Assembly (NCBI GenBank): GCA_002633005.1
Contig: NMRA01000068.1
Span: forward strand, 885,092-949,091
Source of the DNA: Phoronis australis
Taxonomy: Eukaryota > Animalia > Phoronida
Reading direction: 5' to 3'
Length of the DNA: 64,000 bases
The notes beneath the pieces were generated by a model. It was not told where the DNA came from. It saw only the letters and a program-made list of their open reading frames with translations, and did not search any database. Shown here one piece after another: positions 13,101 to 26,887 of the stretch (its first letter is position 1; the number at the start of each line of letters is the position of its first letter). The position numbers and the translations under genes were made by a program.

Positions 13101-16100
13101 ACAGAGTGTGCCCTGTCCATGGCTATGGCGAAGTAGTATTCCCGCCGGGTATAAAGTCTCTCAGCTATCATGACATGGTTGCATATCCTACCTTGGGGCC
13201 CAGTCTGACGGGTAAACAGTTTGTGGCCTAGCATCTTGCTGGCTATGTCACGGGCTTCCTCAGGCCTGCAAAGACAAAACATAGACTCAAGAGTGTGTTG
13301 ATCATAACAAAAAGTGTTATTTGGAGATATAGACAATAGTTTTAAGAGCACAAAAAGTATTCTAACTACAATCCAAGTGAACTGTGTAAGTCAAGAAAAT
13401 CAAAAATAAGTTTATTTAATTGAACTGTGTTTTATACAAAAATTGATAATTGTTCGACTTACACTCTGACGTAACAGGACTATTTAAATAAAAACAATAT
13501 AGATAAAATCACTGAATGAGTACAAAATTTATCATTTAACTCCTCACGAGTATGTTACTCTGACCCCGCCCTTGTGACCACTGGAAAATGTCCCTTTTCC
13601 ACGACCTCCAGCCAGCACCTGTGCCTTGACAACCACATCACATGATCCAGTGGAACTCTCTAGATAAAAGATAGATAAGCATTACATTACATTACATTAT
13701 GTCTAAAAACAGAAGAGAACAGCTACCATAAGCAAAATCTGGAAGTTTTATTTGGTTTAAGGATAAAGTGTCTTGTATGCAACAAAATTTTCAATTATGA
13801 CAGGACAGGACAACCTTCAACTGAATCACAAAAAGACACGAGCTTGGTAAAGTTAATCCTGACGACTCGATACTTTTTTAACACGTCAACATGATGTAAC
13901 AAAACTCATTTGCAATCTTAATAGTCTCATTTTTTGATAGCCCCAAGTCCAAAAGCATGACAAATTAAAAGCAATTCCTGGTAACGTTTTGAAGAACAGT
14001 ACATAAAGCATGGTATCTGAAAGTTTTATACAAATTCAATCGGCCATTTCTGAGATACGGTGTTTCAAAATTTACCAAATTTGAACATTTTTCAAGGGTC
14101 TTTTGACACTTTTTTGACAGCCTTCGTTCTGGAGCTGATGATCGACAATTAGCTGTGACATGCCACTAATTTATTAGGCGTAGGTGCATTTCTGTGTAAG
14201 CCCCCTGTCTAGTGGAACACCACCATGTCTTTTAAGATCCCATCTTAAAATAGTGCTTTAAGATTAGTTAGTCATCACGTCAATCTCATTAGCATGACAA
14301 ATTGCTTGTAGGGTGGGGGGATAAAAATCACACAAGAGACAGGGCTAGTTTTAATAACAGTCGACTCAGTTATTACTTATTACAATAACTCAAACAGAGT
14401 GCTTCTGGTTGCTTATAACTTTTTCATAAACAAGATGAACATGAAGCATTGCAATGTTTCTAAAACTGCACCACAGATGGCATGCTTCTAGGAATGTTCA
14501 TTAGTACACACCATAATCAACTGTTGGCGGCACATCCTAGCAATAAACTCGCATAAAGTTCCATTAAAATACATCGAATAGTTATAACAATAATCAAAAG
14601 ACAAGCAATATCTACTCAAAAACTGAAACAGCCAACAGCGATACTACTGTCAGCAGTCGAATGAGTCTGATAATCACCTGCTACTTGTGAGTGTCAAATT
14701 CCATCAAAACATGCCAAGCTGTTTTGAGAATAATCGGCGAACAAGGAAAATCCTATAAAAAACTAAAATGGCGAACAGGGGTGCTACAGCAGTCAAATCT
14801 TAGTGAATATCAACTGGTGCCAGGGCATATCCATCATATCATTCCACGCCAAGCCATTGTGACAATAATTTATCGAAAATTAATATCATTGTCCAAAAAT
14901 CGACTTGTACCTCTGCATTACGTTTTGCCAAAGTTCCTTGAGTCGTTTTGCCAAAAACTTGACAGACAAGGAATTTCTATGCAAGAACTTTTAAGTTTAG
15001 AAATTCCTTGTCTGGCATCCCCTCTACTAGTAAGTCCTTTTAAAAAAGGACTTACTAGTAGAGGGGATGCCATGTTGTTGAATTTGTTTGAAAATTAACT
15101 GGTGACGGTGCATTCCACTACATACCTATTTCGGCAAAATTTTGTTACAGTAAGTCGACAAAATCTTCTTAAAAGTCCTTTCACCAAACATTGACAGACA
15201 AGAAATTTCTTATTGGAAATTAAATGGCTAACAGGGGGTGTCACGGTACTCAAATCTCTCCAAAAATATCGATTGGTGCTGGTGGATCCCTGCCATATAA
15301 CTCTGTTTCAAATTTCACCAAGATCCCTCAAGCGTTTTCCCAAATAGACCGACAAGCAAAAGTAACAATGAATGCCAAACAGACATATGGGATTCTGCCT
15401 CTATGTGACCATAAAACTTTCTAAGGGTGCAGCATTAGACCACCAGGAAGAACCAATGACAAGTACTGATACTGCTAATGCTGTCAATACATTAGTGTAT
15501 GAGGATCAATGAACTTTTGAAAGCTACATGCATATCTTCTATCAGTTGTCTACGTCATCTGCATTTTTTGAGAGTTAGTTTCCAATTTGGTGTCACGACA
15601 AAATGCAACATGGTAGGAACTCAAGACAAATTTGTAAAAAATACGTCAAACTTTATTCAGACAATTTTTTGTAAACCCAATTATTCCCACAGTTGGTTCC
15701 GAATTGTGGAAGGTACAAGCTTTTGAATCTTGGCATGTTTTTAGTAAACAGGATATATCCCACAGCTCCTCAGTTTAGGCATGGCTACAAGGAATGGTAA
15801 AAGGCATCCTTTATCAAAGCAAAGTGAGTAATATGTCAAACACAAAACGTGTTAGTATTCAATTATTCATTCTTAGTTAAACACAGTGACAAGAACTTGC
15901 CACACGCCATGAAACACAACTACTAAAACAGTACCCCGAGGCTTTGTCATCATGCAATTGGCTGAAATAGCAAAAGCAAGTACATACTGTAGCAATGTTG
16001 CTCAAAGGAACATTCTCACACAAACAGCATATTTTGGGAAATAACCATGAACTCGGGTGACAGGCATAAATTATTCACAACAGAGTACCGATGTTTGAAA

Positions 16101-19100
16101 ATAGTACATGGGCATAATTGTTAATTTCAGTACTGAAATGTTGAATAAACAGAGCTTCTCAATCAAACTGTTGCATATGATAAGCTGAAAGTCACAGGAC
16201 AGAGCATTTTGTGGTTATAAGTGATTTAGGATTTGTGTTCCTGAAATCTACAGCACAATACTACATTACTATAACTGTTTGCCTGGTATCATGTAACACA
16301 ATCGGCAACAATTTTTTTAAGATCGTCCCATAGATGAATTTGAATTCATGACCTCAACAGTAACAGTCTGACAGGGGACCTAAATCCAATCGACAAGCAG
16401 ACGATAACTTTGAGTGCATTTATCAAGTTATCAGCCTCGATTTCAACGGATAGCTTGTAACTTACAAGAAAACCACAAAATCAGAAAGGATTTTGTCATT
16501 TTTTAGTTCTAAACATAGGGAATACCTTCAATGGGATCTATTCTATCCAACAATAATGCCAGCAATAATGGTCCTAAAACCGAGTGAGTACCCTTTTAAA
16601 GTGCTTTATAAAAGCAAATTAAAGCTGTATAATGGCAGCAACAGATCATCTTAAAGAGTAAAAAATTCATAGTATTGACAAATGGGATGTCCACACTATA
16701 TATTCAACAAGATTCAAAAGCTGATTAAAATGATCAGCTCAACTAAGTTCAGACACAAAGTTCAAGTGGCAATATGTGTAACATCTCTCTTTAGTTGTAG
16801 GGTCACAAAAGATTACAAAATTGGATGCTTTTAGCTTCTTGGAAAAGCCTACGAAACATACATTTTTGGCAAACTCCACCCATACATAAAGCATCAATTT
16901 TCTTCTCCCTACAGTCAAGGTACCTAAACTACACGGTTAACGGACTCATGAACACGGTCACGGACGCATGAACATGACTCACGTACCTGCAAACACCGTG
17001 CACTGACTCACAAACACGGGAACGGACTCACAAAACACGAGATTAAATTTCTTACAGCTGTAGTGGTTGTTCATGACTGACTTCACTACATGTGAATTGG
17101 CAACTTTCCTATTTTTTAAGATCAACAATCACTTTAGTCACTTTTGATTGGCAGATACTGGAATCATTTAGTCGTTTGTAGGGAACACACTTTTCAACCA
17201 ATCATATCATTCTTTCCTTCAAGTCCAGATGCGTTATGTTTTCACAGCAGACAATCAATGAAGTTGCATTGGGTTGCTGGTCACCGAAGCAAGAGCCTGC
17301 ATCCACTGGACATTTGACTAAATGTATTGTCAGATACATTGGTCATGTTCTCATACAGAACAATTTTTAAAAGATAAGCTTATTTTGGTTGGTTGGCTGA
17401 GATATTGAGTGTGACTTCCAGGGTTCGCTCCAGTAACCTCAAGATTAAGAGTTTGTGTTCAAGTTTGACTGCAAACAGTTCAATTTATTCGAAAATATGG
17501 CTTGCTTGGGAAATTCATTGCACAAGCTGGTACTTACATATGTATAATACATCATATGGAAACCAACAAATGTAGCACTGAATAAGCAAAGTAAAAATGG
17601 CTGTTGCAGCCCCAGTAGTCCAGAAGCCACAGTTAATCCAGGATGGCCATTGGACTGCATAGTGCAGATTGCATAACAAACTTTGGGAAAGTTATATAGC
17701 CACCGCACTGGTTTCACATGGGCAACGACGTCAAGCTGGGTATCCAGTTCAGGTCAACCTACAACCTAGGTTGTACAGAGCATGCCAGAAGTATTCACAC
17801 AAAATGATCCAAAATTCCACCATTATTACAGCTGGGCATTTGTAAGAGATTACAGCAACACTGAAAACTCTGTGTAGCCTAGAAATACTCAAGTACATTT
17901 GACCTTTGATGGGGACAGCTCAGAAATGACAAGTGCAAGTAGATTATGTTATTATATTGATTTAAAGCTGTGCTTCATCCTGTTTAGCTGTCATACTTTG
18001 AATTCTTAACTCAGTTTCAATTTTCAAATACATTGCTATGTCCAAGCAACCCCACATTGGTGTCCAATGAGTCGGTAAATTAAGTTCAGACGAGCCAAGA
18101 CAGCAGAGTATCTATCAAGGTATCTCCACCTTCACAACATCCTCCTAAAATGCACACTTAACCTTGCCTCATAAACAAAACATCGTTTCTCAGTAACTAG
18201 GTCAACTGAGTTCTTCAGTCCTATGCACTCAAAGAAATGTCCATTGTTATGTTGCAAGACTGACATGCTTCTGAACAGAATTCCCTGCGTGTCATTTTCA
18301 AATTTCAGGGTCGGCCAACCCCAATAAAATCATGCACTTTCCCCGGCACATTTTGGCCTGATGATGGTTTGAATATTCTTCTTGATAACAGAAAACAAGT
18401 TCGAAAATTCGAGACCAATTCGATTTCAGTTTATAGCCAACTAAAGAGGGTGAAATGCAGCTTTGGCTCATTAAAAATTCATAATTAAAAATGCGTACCA
18501 ATATCCTGAGCATATCTGTAAGCTTCCTCTTCATTGGTCGCCACTCTGAATTCAGGTACTTTGACGCCATGGCTTTGAAGAATGTTCATGCTCATGAACT
18601 CATGAATTGACAAATTCCTATGTTGTTCCAGACTGGCCAAGCTCGGTGCTAGTTTGGAGGACTGCAAAATAAGGAATTTTAAAAAAGAAAGAAAAAGACA
18701 AAATAATGAAAAATTATGGGAGATGGATTAAGAAAATAAAACAATAAGGTGATCGGTGAAGCGTTCCACCTCCCACAAGTGTTTTTGTGTCGTGTGGTAA
18801 TAGTAAATTTTCACAGGTTTTTGATTTCATCCAACAATTTAATGAAATTCAAACAGCTGTGTGTAGCAAATCAAATCCCAGGATATGCAGATATAAAATT
18901 GGGCAAAGTGACTTTGATGGTTTAGCAAGGGCAAGGGGTAATTTGATGAACAGCTTCCAGTGTACGTGTTGTCCATTAAGATGTATAATCGCCTAACGCC
19001 ACACGAGAAACTAATTGAAACTCGAGAGAAAAGAAGTGAATTCATGAGAAAAGAATACTTGTCATTGTTTTAACAACGAGAAGTGTTCTTATTTTTAAAA

Positions 19101-20978
19101 ACAAGAATACGTGGCTGAAAGAGAGAAAGACTATCTGTTCTTTACCAGAGTGCACTTGAACAGTTACAAAATTGAAAAGTTTAAGTTGGTCAAATTATGA
19201 ATTTTGTTCACTCCTGAATTCATCACTTGCGGATATCGTAGGCATTCAGCCGATGACCCTGTAATGGGGCTGTTCAACTGGTTCACTTTTTGACTGACAA
19301 AAAAGCAGAATAAGAGCCTGACACTAAAGCATAACATCAACTCGCTTAATGCTACTTGGCAAAATTCCCTGGCCATGAAATGGGAAAACAAGGAAACACC
19401 GCACATAATGGCCTGTTGGCATTTTTAAAATTTTAGTCAAATGGAAAAATAGACCTGAAAACATAGTGTGTACAATGACTGATTTCTAGTTCAGGTCTTA
19501 CCTTATGAGAAACTAGACATTCATTGTTTGCTGCATGCGTCATGGTCAAACCCTGCTGGTAGCAAAATAAGTTCGACCCCAATTTATTTGCTTCCTATTT
19601 GAGCATATGCAAATAGTCTCCAAATTGTTCACGCAATAACAATTTTCATATTTATGCTCTCTTGGTGCCGACTCAGATTCAGTGGACAGAAAATCAATTA
19701 CTACATAGCTGTTCATTAACTTAAAACAACAAGCACAAATTTTCGCTGTTTCGAATGCAGATAGTCATACTTTCAAGTAGCAGAGGAACCAGTGCCCTGT
19801 TGCATGAAACAGTGCCATGTAGGGAATCAACTAAAATTCCAGAATGTACTGCATATTTGTAGGCTTGTGAAAACACTGTTTGTCCTTTCTTATGCTATTA
19901 AGTCTCATTACCAAATCAGATTTTTACTTTGATACGAATCGAGAGGAAACTATAAATTAAATTCTCAATATTTTTGAAAAAAATAAGTAGGGATCTTCAT
20001 GCAACGCATCTAATTTAAGGACTAAGTCCCTAATAATTAATTTTATGACTTAATTAAGGGCTCATTTTTTAGTTATATTATTAGAAAATGTCATTTGTCA
20101 AAGAGGAGCTCATAGTGAAGATAAAATGATAGAAAAATATAACATCTGTCAGCGAAGAGAGAAACAGATGTTGTAATCAGCATCATCATTGGCCCTTTGT
20201 TTTTTCTGTGGCATCTTGTGATTGGTCCATTTTGGTGTGTTCCCCGTATGTTGCCAATAAAACAAGTTGGCGCCGTTGGTCTTCGGGGTTATTCTGAACC
20301 GGCAAGGGTTGTCGTCCATGATTGGTCATTGTGTGTGCGTCAATTGGAACAGACTCAGTCTATCCAAAAAGTAAGTACTCTTTAGTCCTTATTAGGAACC
20401 TGGTAGAATAATGCAACACAGATATGCAAAAGATTTGGGCACTGATCGGATATTGTGGTCCCGCATTTAGAGAACCAGGCAGTCACTAAATAACTGGCCG
20501 TTACTTAGTGGATGAAACTGGTTCTCTAAATCAGGGACTGCTATATGAGCCTACATCCGACCAGTGCCAAGATTTGGGGAACTTATTGGGACTGTTTCAT
20601 GCAACCCGGCACAGATGACTGGGTATGTAATTACATCGCCCTGTAATGATGTATACAAGGGTAATGGCCTACTCCCAGAAAAGTTACTGATTTAAAAATA
20701 CTGCAACTGCCTACTCCGCCTACTACTAGTTGGTTGGTAGATCAAACACAGTTAACCAGTTCAGTTAGGCCTAACACAACATTGCATCGAAATCCGAATT
20801 TAGTGAGTCACTTTCGAGACTTATAAATAACGTAATTCTTCAAAAGTGTCCTTTTAGATTGCCCTATTGATCAAGGAATCTTCTGCCTCGAAGAATAGAT
20901 CATACCCACCGTGAACTGGCCAAATGCAAAAGTTTTCCTGAGGACTGATCGACATCCTCTCCAGGCCAGGGACGCCAT
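1117..20978 (-). CDS. SUCLA2: Succinate--CoA ligase [ADP-forming] subunit beta, mitochondrial; 11 coding exons, about 454 aa
   Basis: Exons (minus): 20910-20978, 18499-18661, 13548-13659, 13103-13265, 11922-12092, 9638-9734, 8702-8863, 6573-6715, 4148-4268, 1949-2037, 1117-1191. All are GT-AG with compatible phases, total 1365 nt. Motifs: [75 protein letters not shown]-terminal FELPL. The N-terminus looks like a mitochondrial transit peptide. Confidence 0.95.
1949..2037 (-). CDS. SUCLA2: SUCLA2 exon 10
   Basis: [30 protein letters not shown], donor GTTAAG. Confidence 0.9.
2670..4135. mobile_element. Penelope-like retroelement remnant as an inverted pair (RT C-terminus plus GIY-YIG endonuclease) in SUCLA2 intron 9
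   Basis: ORF 2724-3044(-) [42 protein letters not shown] is a PLE GIY-YIG C-terminus. The segment ~2670-3300 is the reverse complement of ~3480-4105. 3306-3430 [19 protein letters not shown] resembles the PLE RT thumb. There is a PLE-like tail AACTGGATGTCT at ~4111. Confidence 0.75.
4148..4268 (-). CDS. SUCLA2: SUCLA2 exon 9
   Basis: [40 protein letters not shown]; not in the ORF track. Confidence 0.94.
4772..4840 (+). repeat. (TATG)n microsatellite
   Basis: Directly visible tandem gtat/tatg units. Confidence 0.9.
6573..6715 (-). CDS. SUCLA2: SUCLA2 exon 8
   Basis: [30 protein letters not shown]...|GTGAGT. Confidence 0.94.
7251..7700 (-). mobile_element. Tc1/mariner (mariner-type) transposase 3' remnant with one TIR
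   Basis: ORF 7424-7696: LLQDNAPAH...[20 protein letters not shown] (YSPDLAP motif). A mariner-like terminus TA-TGAAGGTCGTTCAATAAGT lies at ~7252. Confidence 0.85.
8702..8863 (-). CDS. SUCLA2: SUCLA2 exon 7
   Basis: [21 protein letters not shown]...[13 protein letters not shown]. Confidence 0.93.
9638..9734 (-). CDS. SUCLA2: SUCLA2 exon 6
   Basis: [32 protein letters not shown]. Confidence 0.92.
9741..10104 (+). repeat. 40-bp minisatellite, about 9 copies
   Basis: Unit ACAAATACCATCCATTTAACTACAAGTTTGGAGGTACAAG, head-to-tail with no spacers. Confidence 0.95.
10597..11136 (+). mobile_element. Non-autonomous PIF/Harbinger derivative
   Basis: Imperfect TIRs GAAGCGTGTGCAACAGAGTGAGCGCCCGC / GCGGGCGCTCACTCTATTGAACACGCTTC. 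Internal [29 protein letters not shown] matches the Harbinger transposase N-terminal FRMSRxTF motif and is followed by a GTTAGT donor. Confidence 0.7.
11922..12092 (-). CDS. SUCLA2: SUCLA2 exon 5
   Basis: [22 protein letters not shown]...CAMQ|GTAATT. Confidence 0.92.
13103..13265 (-). CDS. SUCLA2: SUCLA2 exon 4
   Basis: [54 protein letters not shown]|GTAAGT. Confidence 0.93.
13548..13659 (-). CDS. SUCLA2: SUCLA2 exon 3
   Basis: [30 protein letters not shown]; not in the ORF track. Confidence 0.92.
16930..17040 (+). repeat. Degenerate short tandem repeat (ACACGG/ACGGACTCAC units)
   Basis: Repeated acacgg..acggactca motifs. Confidence 0.45.
18499..18661 (-). CDS. SUCLA2: SUCLA2 exon 2
   Basis: ttgcag|[36 protein letters not shown]...|GTACGC. 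Confidence 0.9.
19793..20611. mobile_element. Harbinger-type MITE in SUCLA2 intron 1
   Basis: TIRs TGCCCTGTTGCATGAAACAGT / ACTGTTTCATGCAACCCGGCA, with a 3-bp CAG TSD on both sides. Confidence 0.7.
20438..20568. mobile_element. Short palindromic MITE with GGCACT..TCGGAT termini, nested in the Harbinger MITE
   Basis: GGCACTGATCGGAT ... ATCCGACCAGTGCC; flanking direct repeat AAGATTTG(G), 8-9 bp. Confidence 0.65.
20910..20978 (-). CDS. SUCLA2: SUCLA2 exon 1 (transit peptide)
   Basis: ATG at 20978, [23 protein letters not shown], donor GTGGGT, phase 0 matching exon 2. Confidence 0.75.
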
Positions 20979-21305
20979 TTTAGCTGTTGACCTTTTTGTG
21001 AACTGCGCTACTGAGGTCAAAAGCCAGGTTGGTTCTCCATTTGCACAATAGATGGAGACTATGTAGTCTCGTCAGGGGCCAGGCCCTGGCTGTGGTTTCT
21101 GTTCTCACCACCAAGCGACACGCAGAGAACCAGCGAGGGGCAGGGCAGGCTTCCGAATGGCTACGGCATAGATTTGCTCATTTTACCAAAAGGTGAAATC
21201 TTTGGAACTAGGCCTACTTTAAAGATCATTTTTTTAGATTTCCAGCAAAGAACGTGGCAGCGATATTTAATTAGCCTAATGATCTTAAAAAAGATAACTA
21301 TAAAT

Positions 21306-21467
21306 TGGGGTGGATCCAGGATTTTGAGTTGGGGGGCAGGGCAGAGTATTTGCCAGGATTTTGTCCGTCAGACATTCGTTCCCACCCCTGAACTGCCAAA
21401 TGGAATTTGGGGGAATTTTAGGGGGCAATGGCCCCCTTGGCCCCCCCCCCCCTAAATCCGCCACTCA
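21306..21467. mobile_element. GC-rich hAT-like MITE remnant
   Basis: GGGTGGATCCAGGATTTT..GGGGGG ... CCCCCCCCTAAATCCGCCACT termini; TSD not clear. Confidence 0.5.
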
Positions 21468-24400
21468 TAACTAGAATCACAGTGACATGTCAATGAACCA
21501 GACAATAAAGAATTCTGTCATTGAAGTCTGAACAGAACTGAAACAAAGCTCGACTCCTGAACGTGATAAGATTCCATTACCGTTACAATAACAAGGCCAT
21601 CCAAACCATGATGATAAGGGCCCGACTAAAATTCAAGTTTTGAATTACTTGAGTTTGCAAAACCGAGGGCAAAATCCTAGCAAGTATCACACTAAGCATA
21701 TTAAGAGACCCGTTGGTCTCATGACTTACAATTTTCGTTTTCAATTCACCTCATGAAAAAAGATTTGGCGCCCTCGATTCAGTTAGAACTCCCACAAGTG
21801 CCCTGCGACTTGTGAGTTTAAATGCCGCCCGTTTTTTTCACAAGTTGGTGCCCGTTCCCTCATGAAATTACCAAATGAACGAAAGGATCCTTTTTTCACA
21901 TGCATAATTCCCTACATAATGGTTTACTTTGGTATTCAAAATTGCTGCAAAAATATTTCTTTTTCAACTACACAAATGCAGAGGCTTTTAGTATATTAGT
22001 CCAAAAAGAATGGTTTATTCTGGTCTAGGTCTATTTTTTCAGAAAAAAAACCTTGGTGTTATGTTTTAGAAGAATGGACGACGATGTTATCAAAGAAATT
22101 GTATATTTTGACTGAACCTAAAAACGACGCCATACACGATGACATCACAGAAAATATAGAATAATATCACAACATCTTCCTGCCCTACGAAGTAATATCT
22201 GCTCACTTCTTTTTCAATCTGCCCGAGCTTCTTAAATAATGCGGCCCATGTTCGGTGCCAGTTTGAGCCCTTAGGTTAGGACGCTTTGATAGCGGTGTTT
22301 TCTCCCCAGATTTTTCTTCCTGTTGTCTCTGTGTGATATCAACAACATCTTTGTTGCCTGAAATTCCAGGATCATTGTCTTCCTCAGAACAATATCTGGG
22401 TCTTAATTGGTCTATGTGACAATGTCAAATTGGTCCGTTGGGCATAACCTTTACTTAGTTGACGGAACGCCATCCTGAAACCTATGATACAACGGCGGGT
22501 ACCCTTCTTGGATCCCTGCCCTACTGGGCACCAAAACACAATGGCATACCAACACCATACTTGCGAATACTTGTTCCCTTTACCTCAGATCCAGAAGTTT
22601 GGGACTTCATTGCTAGTCGAGGTTGTATTACATGACACATATGACCATGTGAAGGTAGCAAACCGCCCAGTTTCCTCAAATTTGCCTTCCATTTAAAAGT
22701 TGCCTTGGAATCTAGAGGCGTACGACGATACTGCAACATAAACTCTTGTAATGCAAATTTTGTTGTTACTGAAGATTTTCGCAGATTGAAAGTTTGAACT
22801 AGGCGTTCTGCTGCACCATTTGTAGCAGGATGATAAGGAGCACCTGTGAGATGTACAATACCTCGTTCTTGGCACCAATATTGGAATTCTTCCGATTTGA
22901 AAGTTGCTGCATTATCAGCCACCAACGTAAAAGGATAACCAAAATGCACGAACTATTTTTCAAGCAAATTTCTTATTGTTTTCGTTGACAAAGAATTTGT
23001 TGGATGTATACACGGGTAATTTGAATATACACTTTCCGTGATTAACCAATTGGCTCCAAAAATTGATGGCATGATCAACGTGAACACGGCTCCATGACGT
23101 TTCTGGTAACATCCACAGATGATTAGCCGATTTTGGTGGTTTGTTCTGATGTTCAACACAAGACGTACAAAACGCCCAATATGAAGCAAATACTTGTTTT
23201 CGCAATCTTTTTTGGTATAACTATTCGTGCACCATGAAATAGACAACCACTTAGTGTTGTCAGTGTTTCTACAGAACGTGGCCACCTTCTTTGACATACC
23301 GCATTGCCCTTGAAGTATTTGCATCTTTTAAGGATCCTTAGTGAGCAATTTGGAATTTACAGGATTCCATTGGAGGCATATTGTTTAACAGAACAAACAA
23401 CATTCACGTCTACTTACTCTTCCTCCATGTCAAATTGCGGATCGTTACCACATGGTAAACGACTCAGTGCATCAGTTTTCGAATGATCAGACGTCTTCCG
23501 ATACTCTATTGAACATTCATAATGACTCAGAAGTAATGCCCGTCAAGCCAGTCGATTAGCTGCCATTACAGGAACTCCTTTAGTTGGTCCGAAAATACTA
23601 AACTAAAGGTTTGTGATCAGTAATCAAAATAAATCGTCGTCCGTAAAGAAAATGATGAAACTTAGTCTTCAGCGCAGAAACGATTGCAAGAGCCTCACGT
23701 TGAATTTGGCTGTATTTCCTTTGCATGTCCGCGAAAGTCTTTGAAACAATAGCAATCGGTCGTTCACTTCCGATGAATAACAACAGCTCCACTCCCAACA
23801 TTGGAGGCATTACAGGAAATTACTAATTGTTCTGTCGGGTCAATATGAGCAAGAACTGCGTCTGTACACAGGATTTCTTTTAAACTTTCAAAAAACTGAA
23901 TCCTCCCCAGCCCCCTATCTCCAAGGCACTTGTTAGACGGTTGAGCCAAATTCGGAATGAATATTCCATAGAACTGTAACGACCCAAGAAAAGGACGCAG
24001 ATGGGAAACATCCGACGGAGCTGGCATCTTTAAAATAGCATCTACCTTATTTCCCTTTTTAATGCCTTCATGAGAAAGCATGTTGTATAGTAGTGTTTTG
24101 TCATAGTTCTTTGTGATGTCACTCTGATGTCATAGTTGTTTGTGATGTCACACTGATGTCATAGTTGTTTGTGATGTAACTCTGATGTCATCTTTTGGTT
24201 TCCAATAAAGAATTACTCCTTTCTACAACATAACAATAGGCGACGAGGATAATGGCAAAATTTTCGGAAATCATTGCCCTTATGCAACAGTAACATTCTG
24301 GAACAAAGAGAGGCCACTAACAGACAGCTGGCAGCCATTGTACAAACTGGCAAATCACAATCAAGGTCCATATTCGGTGGCCACTTTTGGTGAAAAATGA

Positions 24401-25231
24401 AGGTTGTCATATAACTGTAAAAGCTGGGCTATTATAAAGTACCATCATTCCAGGTTTGTAATCTAAAATATTTTTGCACAAGCACCATCGAATAAAATTT
24501 CTTGGACTAATCCATCACCGTTGTATAAAAGGGTACGTACACAACAACTTGTGGTTACAGAACCACTTCTATCACGCAAAAGTTCATAAGGTAGCTGTTA
24601 ATTATAATAAGTTCTTGATCAAATTGAAGAAGTATCACATGCTAAAGTAAAAAAAGTTAGTACTGTGCTGACAAGTTGTTCTAGATGATTATACATTGCA
24701 TATCTTAACACAGTATATTGAGAACTTCTTCTCTTGCAATATGACCCTTACAAAAAGAAAATGACAAGTAACTACTTTTTTCAAAAATTTTATAGGTGCT
24801 ATTTGCCTAGTTTTCAATACATTCACCAGTTGGTCAAAATAGTTAAAGAAATGCTAGGCCCAGTGTTCAACTTGTAAACAGCAAAAATGGTACTGATTGG
24901 GGATACACTACACACAGTCAATCAACGTCAAATTTTGACTAAGTTACAAATGTATGGGATGGTCTCGAGTTTTGTGCTGCCTCTACTAGTTGTTTTATAG
25001 CAAGTTGTCTTGAGAGATAGAGAACCCGCCTCTGCAACATCAGTTGTCACATAACGTGTCTTCTAGGATTTTACTAGCCAAGTCCTGTGTGGCATTTTAT
25101 TGCCCACAAATTTGATAATGTCCATGTTTTTTTCTAGTCAGACTAGATGCATTTTGGAATTATCAGTATTGCTCATGAGAACAGCAGTACGTAAAAATAC
25201 TTGTGGGCAATACTTTATAGCACAGATGTTG

Positions 25232-25996
25232 AAGGTACGTACACCAAACAGGGGTACCTACACTACATTTCAATGACTTGTCAGGTTTTTAAAAAAATAC
25301 TTAGAATCTAGTGAGAGTTAATTCATTTACAAAATCTATTCAAAGAGAACAAATAAAAAGTACAGCAAGCATGTGCATGCCTGTCTGTTATTCTTTGAAA
25401 ACAGGCTCATGTTAAAATATAGGGGTACGTACACTACACAAATGCTAATATTTCACTTAAAACAAATGAATTTGTAGGTAACACCCTTCTAGCCTAGCAT
25501 TTTAACGGAGAAAACTGTCTGTGACAAATGTTGCTTACTTATCGAGTAATATTTTTGTTTCGTGGTATTTGTTCGCATCGAGGACGTACACTACACAGGG
25601 GTACGTACACTACACAGGGGTACGTACACTACACAGGGGTACGTACACTACATTTCAATGACAATTCAGGTTTGTAACTAAATGCGAAGAGTCTACAAAG
25701 AGTTAGTTGATTTACTAAATCAATTCAAAGAGAAAAAAATGAAAAGCACAGCATTCATGCACATATCTGCCATATTTTGAAAATAAGCACAAATTAATAT
25801 ATGGGGGTACGTACACTACAAAAATGTTAATATTTCACTCAAAACAAATGTATTTGCAATAAACATTCTTTTAACGATTTTTAAGGAAAGAAACTGTCTA
25901 TGACCAATGTTGCTCACTTACCAAGTGAAATTTTCATTACATGGCATTTGTAAACATGGGGGTACGTACACTACAAAAGGGGATACGTACACTACA
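25232..25996 (+). repeat. Dispersed and tandem GGGGTACGTACACTACA motif within a ~385-bp internal duplication
   Basis: Motif at ~25234, 25252, 25422, 25582-25652 (4 tandem 19-bp units), 25804 and 25959-25996; also at ~24531. Confidence 0.8.
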
Positions 25997-26731
25997 TCAC
26001 TGTTTCTGCATCACATGGTAACATAATGTTGTACGGCCATTTATTTTCCTTTGATGATAATAAGCACCATGTTGTTATTTAAAAGGCAACAATTTCATTT
26101 GTAATGACCATTTGTGTTACTGAATTCCACACTGCATTTTGTTAGCCTTTTTGGGCCATTTTCAACATAGCAGAACCCAGTCAATATCCAAACTTTTGGT
26201 TTGTTTAGACGTTGAATAATTTGCTGTGTTGCCTAGGCTAACATATCTGCAGTTCTTTTTATTAAAAAGTGTGAACTTTGGTTTTAACCTTCTTTACAGT
26301 AGATGAGGGTTAGAAACATAGAATTTACTAATTTCGTAACGAGTTCCTGTTTTATGATAAACACTAACATTTCTCAACGATTAACCACAACTTCATCTAA
26401 GTGATTCTGAAAGTGACTCAAGTTATTCCAAGTCACATCTAAGCAGTTGCTTACTTGATAAAATAAATTTCTTTTCTACCTATGACAGTTGAAAATTGTA
26501 ATTTTTAAAATGGCCACTCGTAACGCTAAAAATGCACAAATTTCTCAAACATTGTCCGATTTTGATTATTCTTTTTTAATTTGCACAACTAAATAACTCT
26601 TTGCACATGAGATTCAGTTGGCATTTGGTAAGTGACCAAAAAATTACTTTAGACCGTAACACTGTCTACTCTCGAATATGCACCTTGGTTGTGATTTCAG
26701 TAGCCTAACGTTTATCACAACAGCTAGGGAA

Positions 26732-26887
26732 CAGTGCTGTAGTGGTAAAATTAGATGTAAGTAGGCGCCCAAAACCCACCGCATCACCTTGAGCACTGAA
26801 CGTAAATTACGGTGCGTAGGCGCTACGTTCAAATGTCAAAAGGTGGTTGGCTGCGCCTACGTGCGCCTACGTCCCACTACAGCACTG
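26732..26887. mobile_element. hAT-type MITE
   Basis: 14-bp TIRs CAGTGCTGTAGTGG / CCACTACAGCACTG; 8-bp flanks CTAGGGAA / ACAGGGAA. Confidence 0.75.

Noticed and set aside
14691-15726. Several 60-135 aa ORFs in SUCLA2 intron 2, and similar short ORFs elsewhere
   Set aside because: No recognisable domains; they overlap dispersed repeats and are expected by chance.
25232-25996. Interspersed GGGGTACGTACACTACA motif as a CRISPR-like repeat
   Set aside because: Spacing is irregular and the intervening DNA is itself duplicated.
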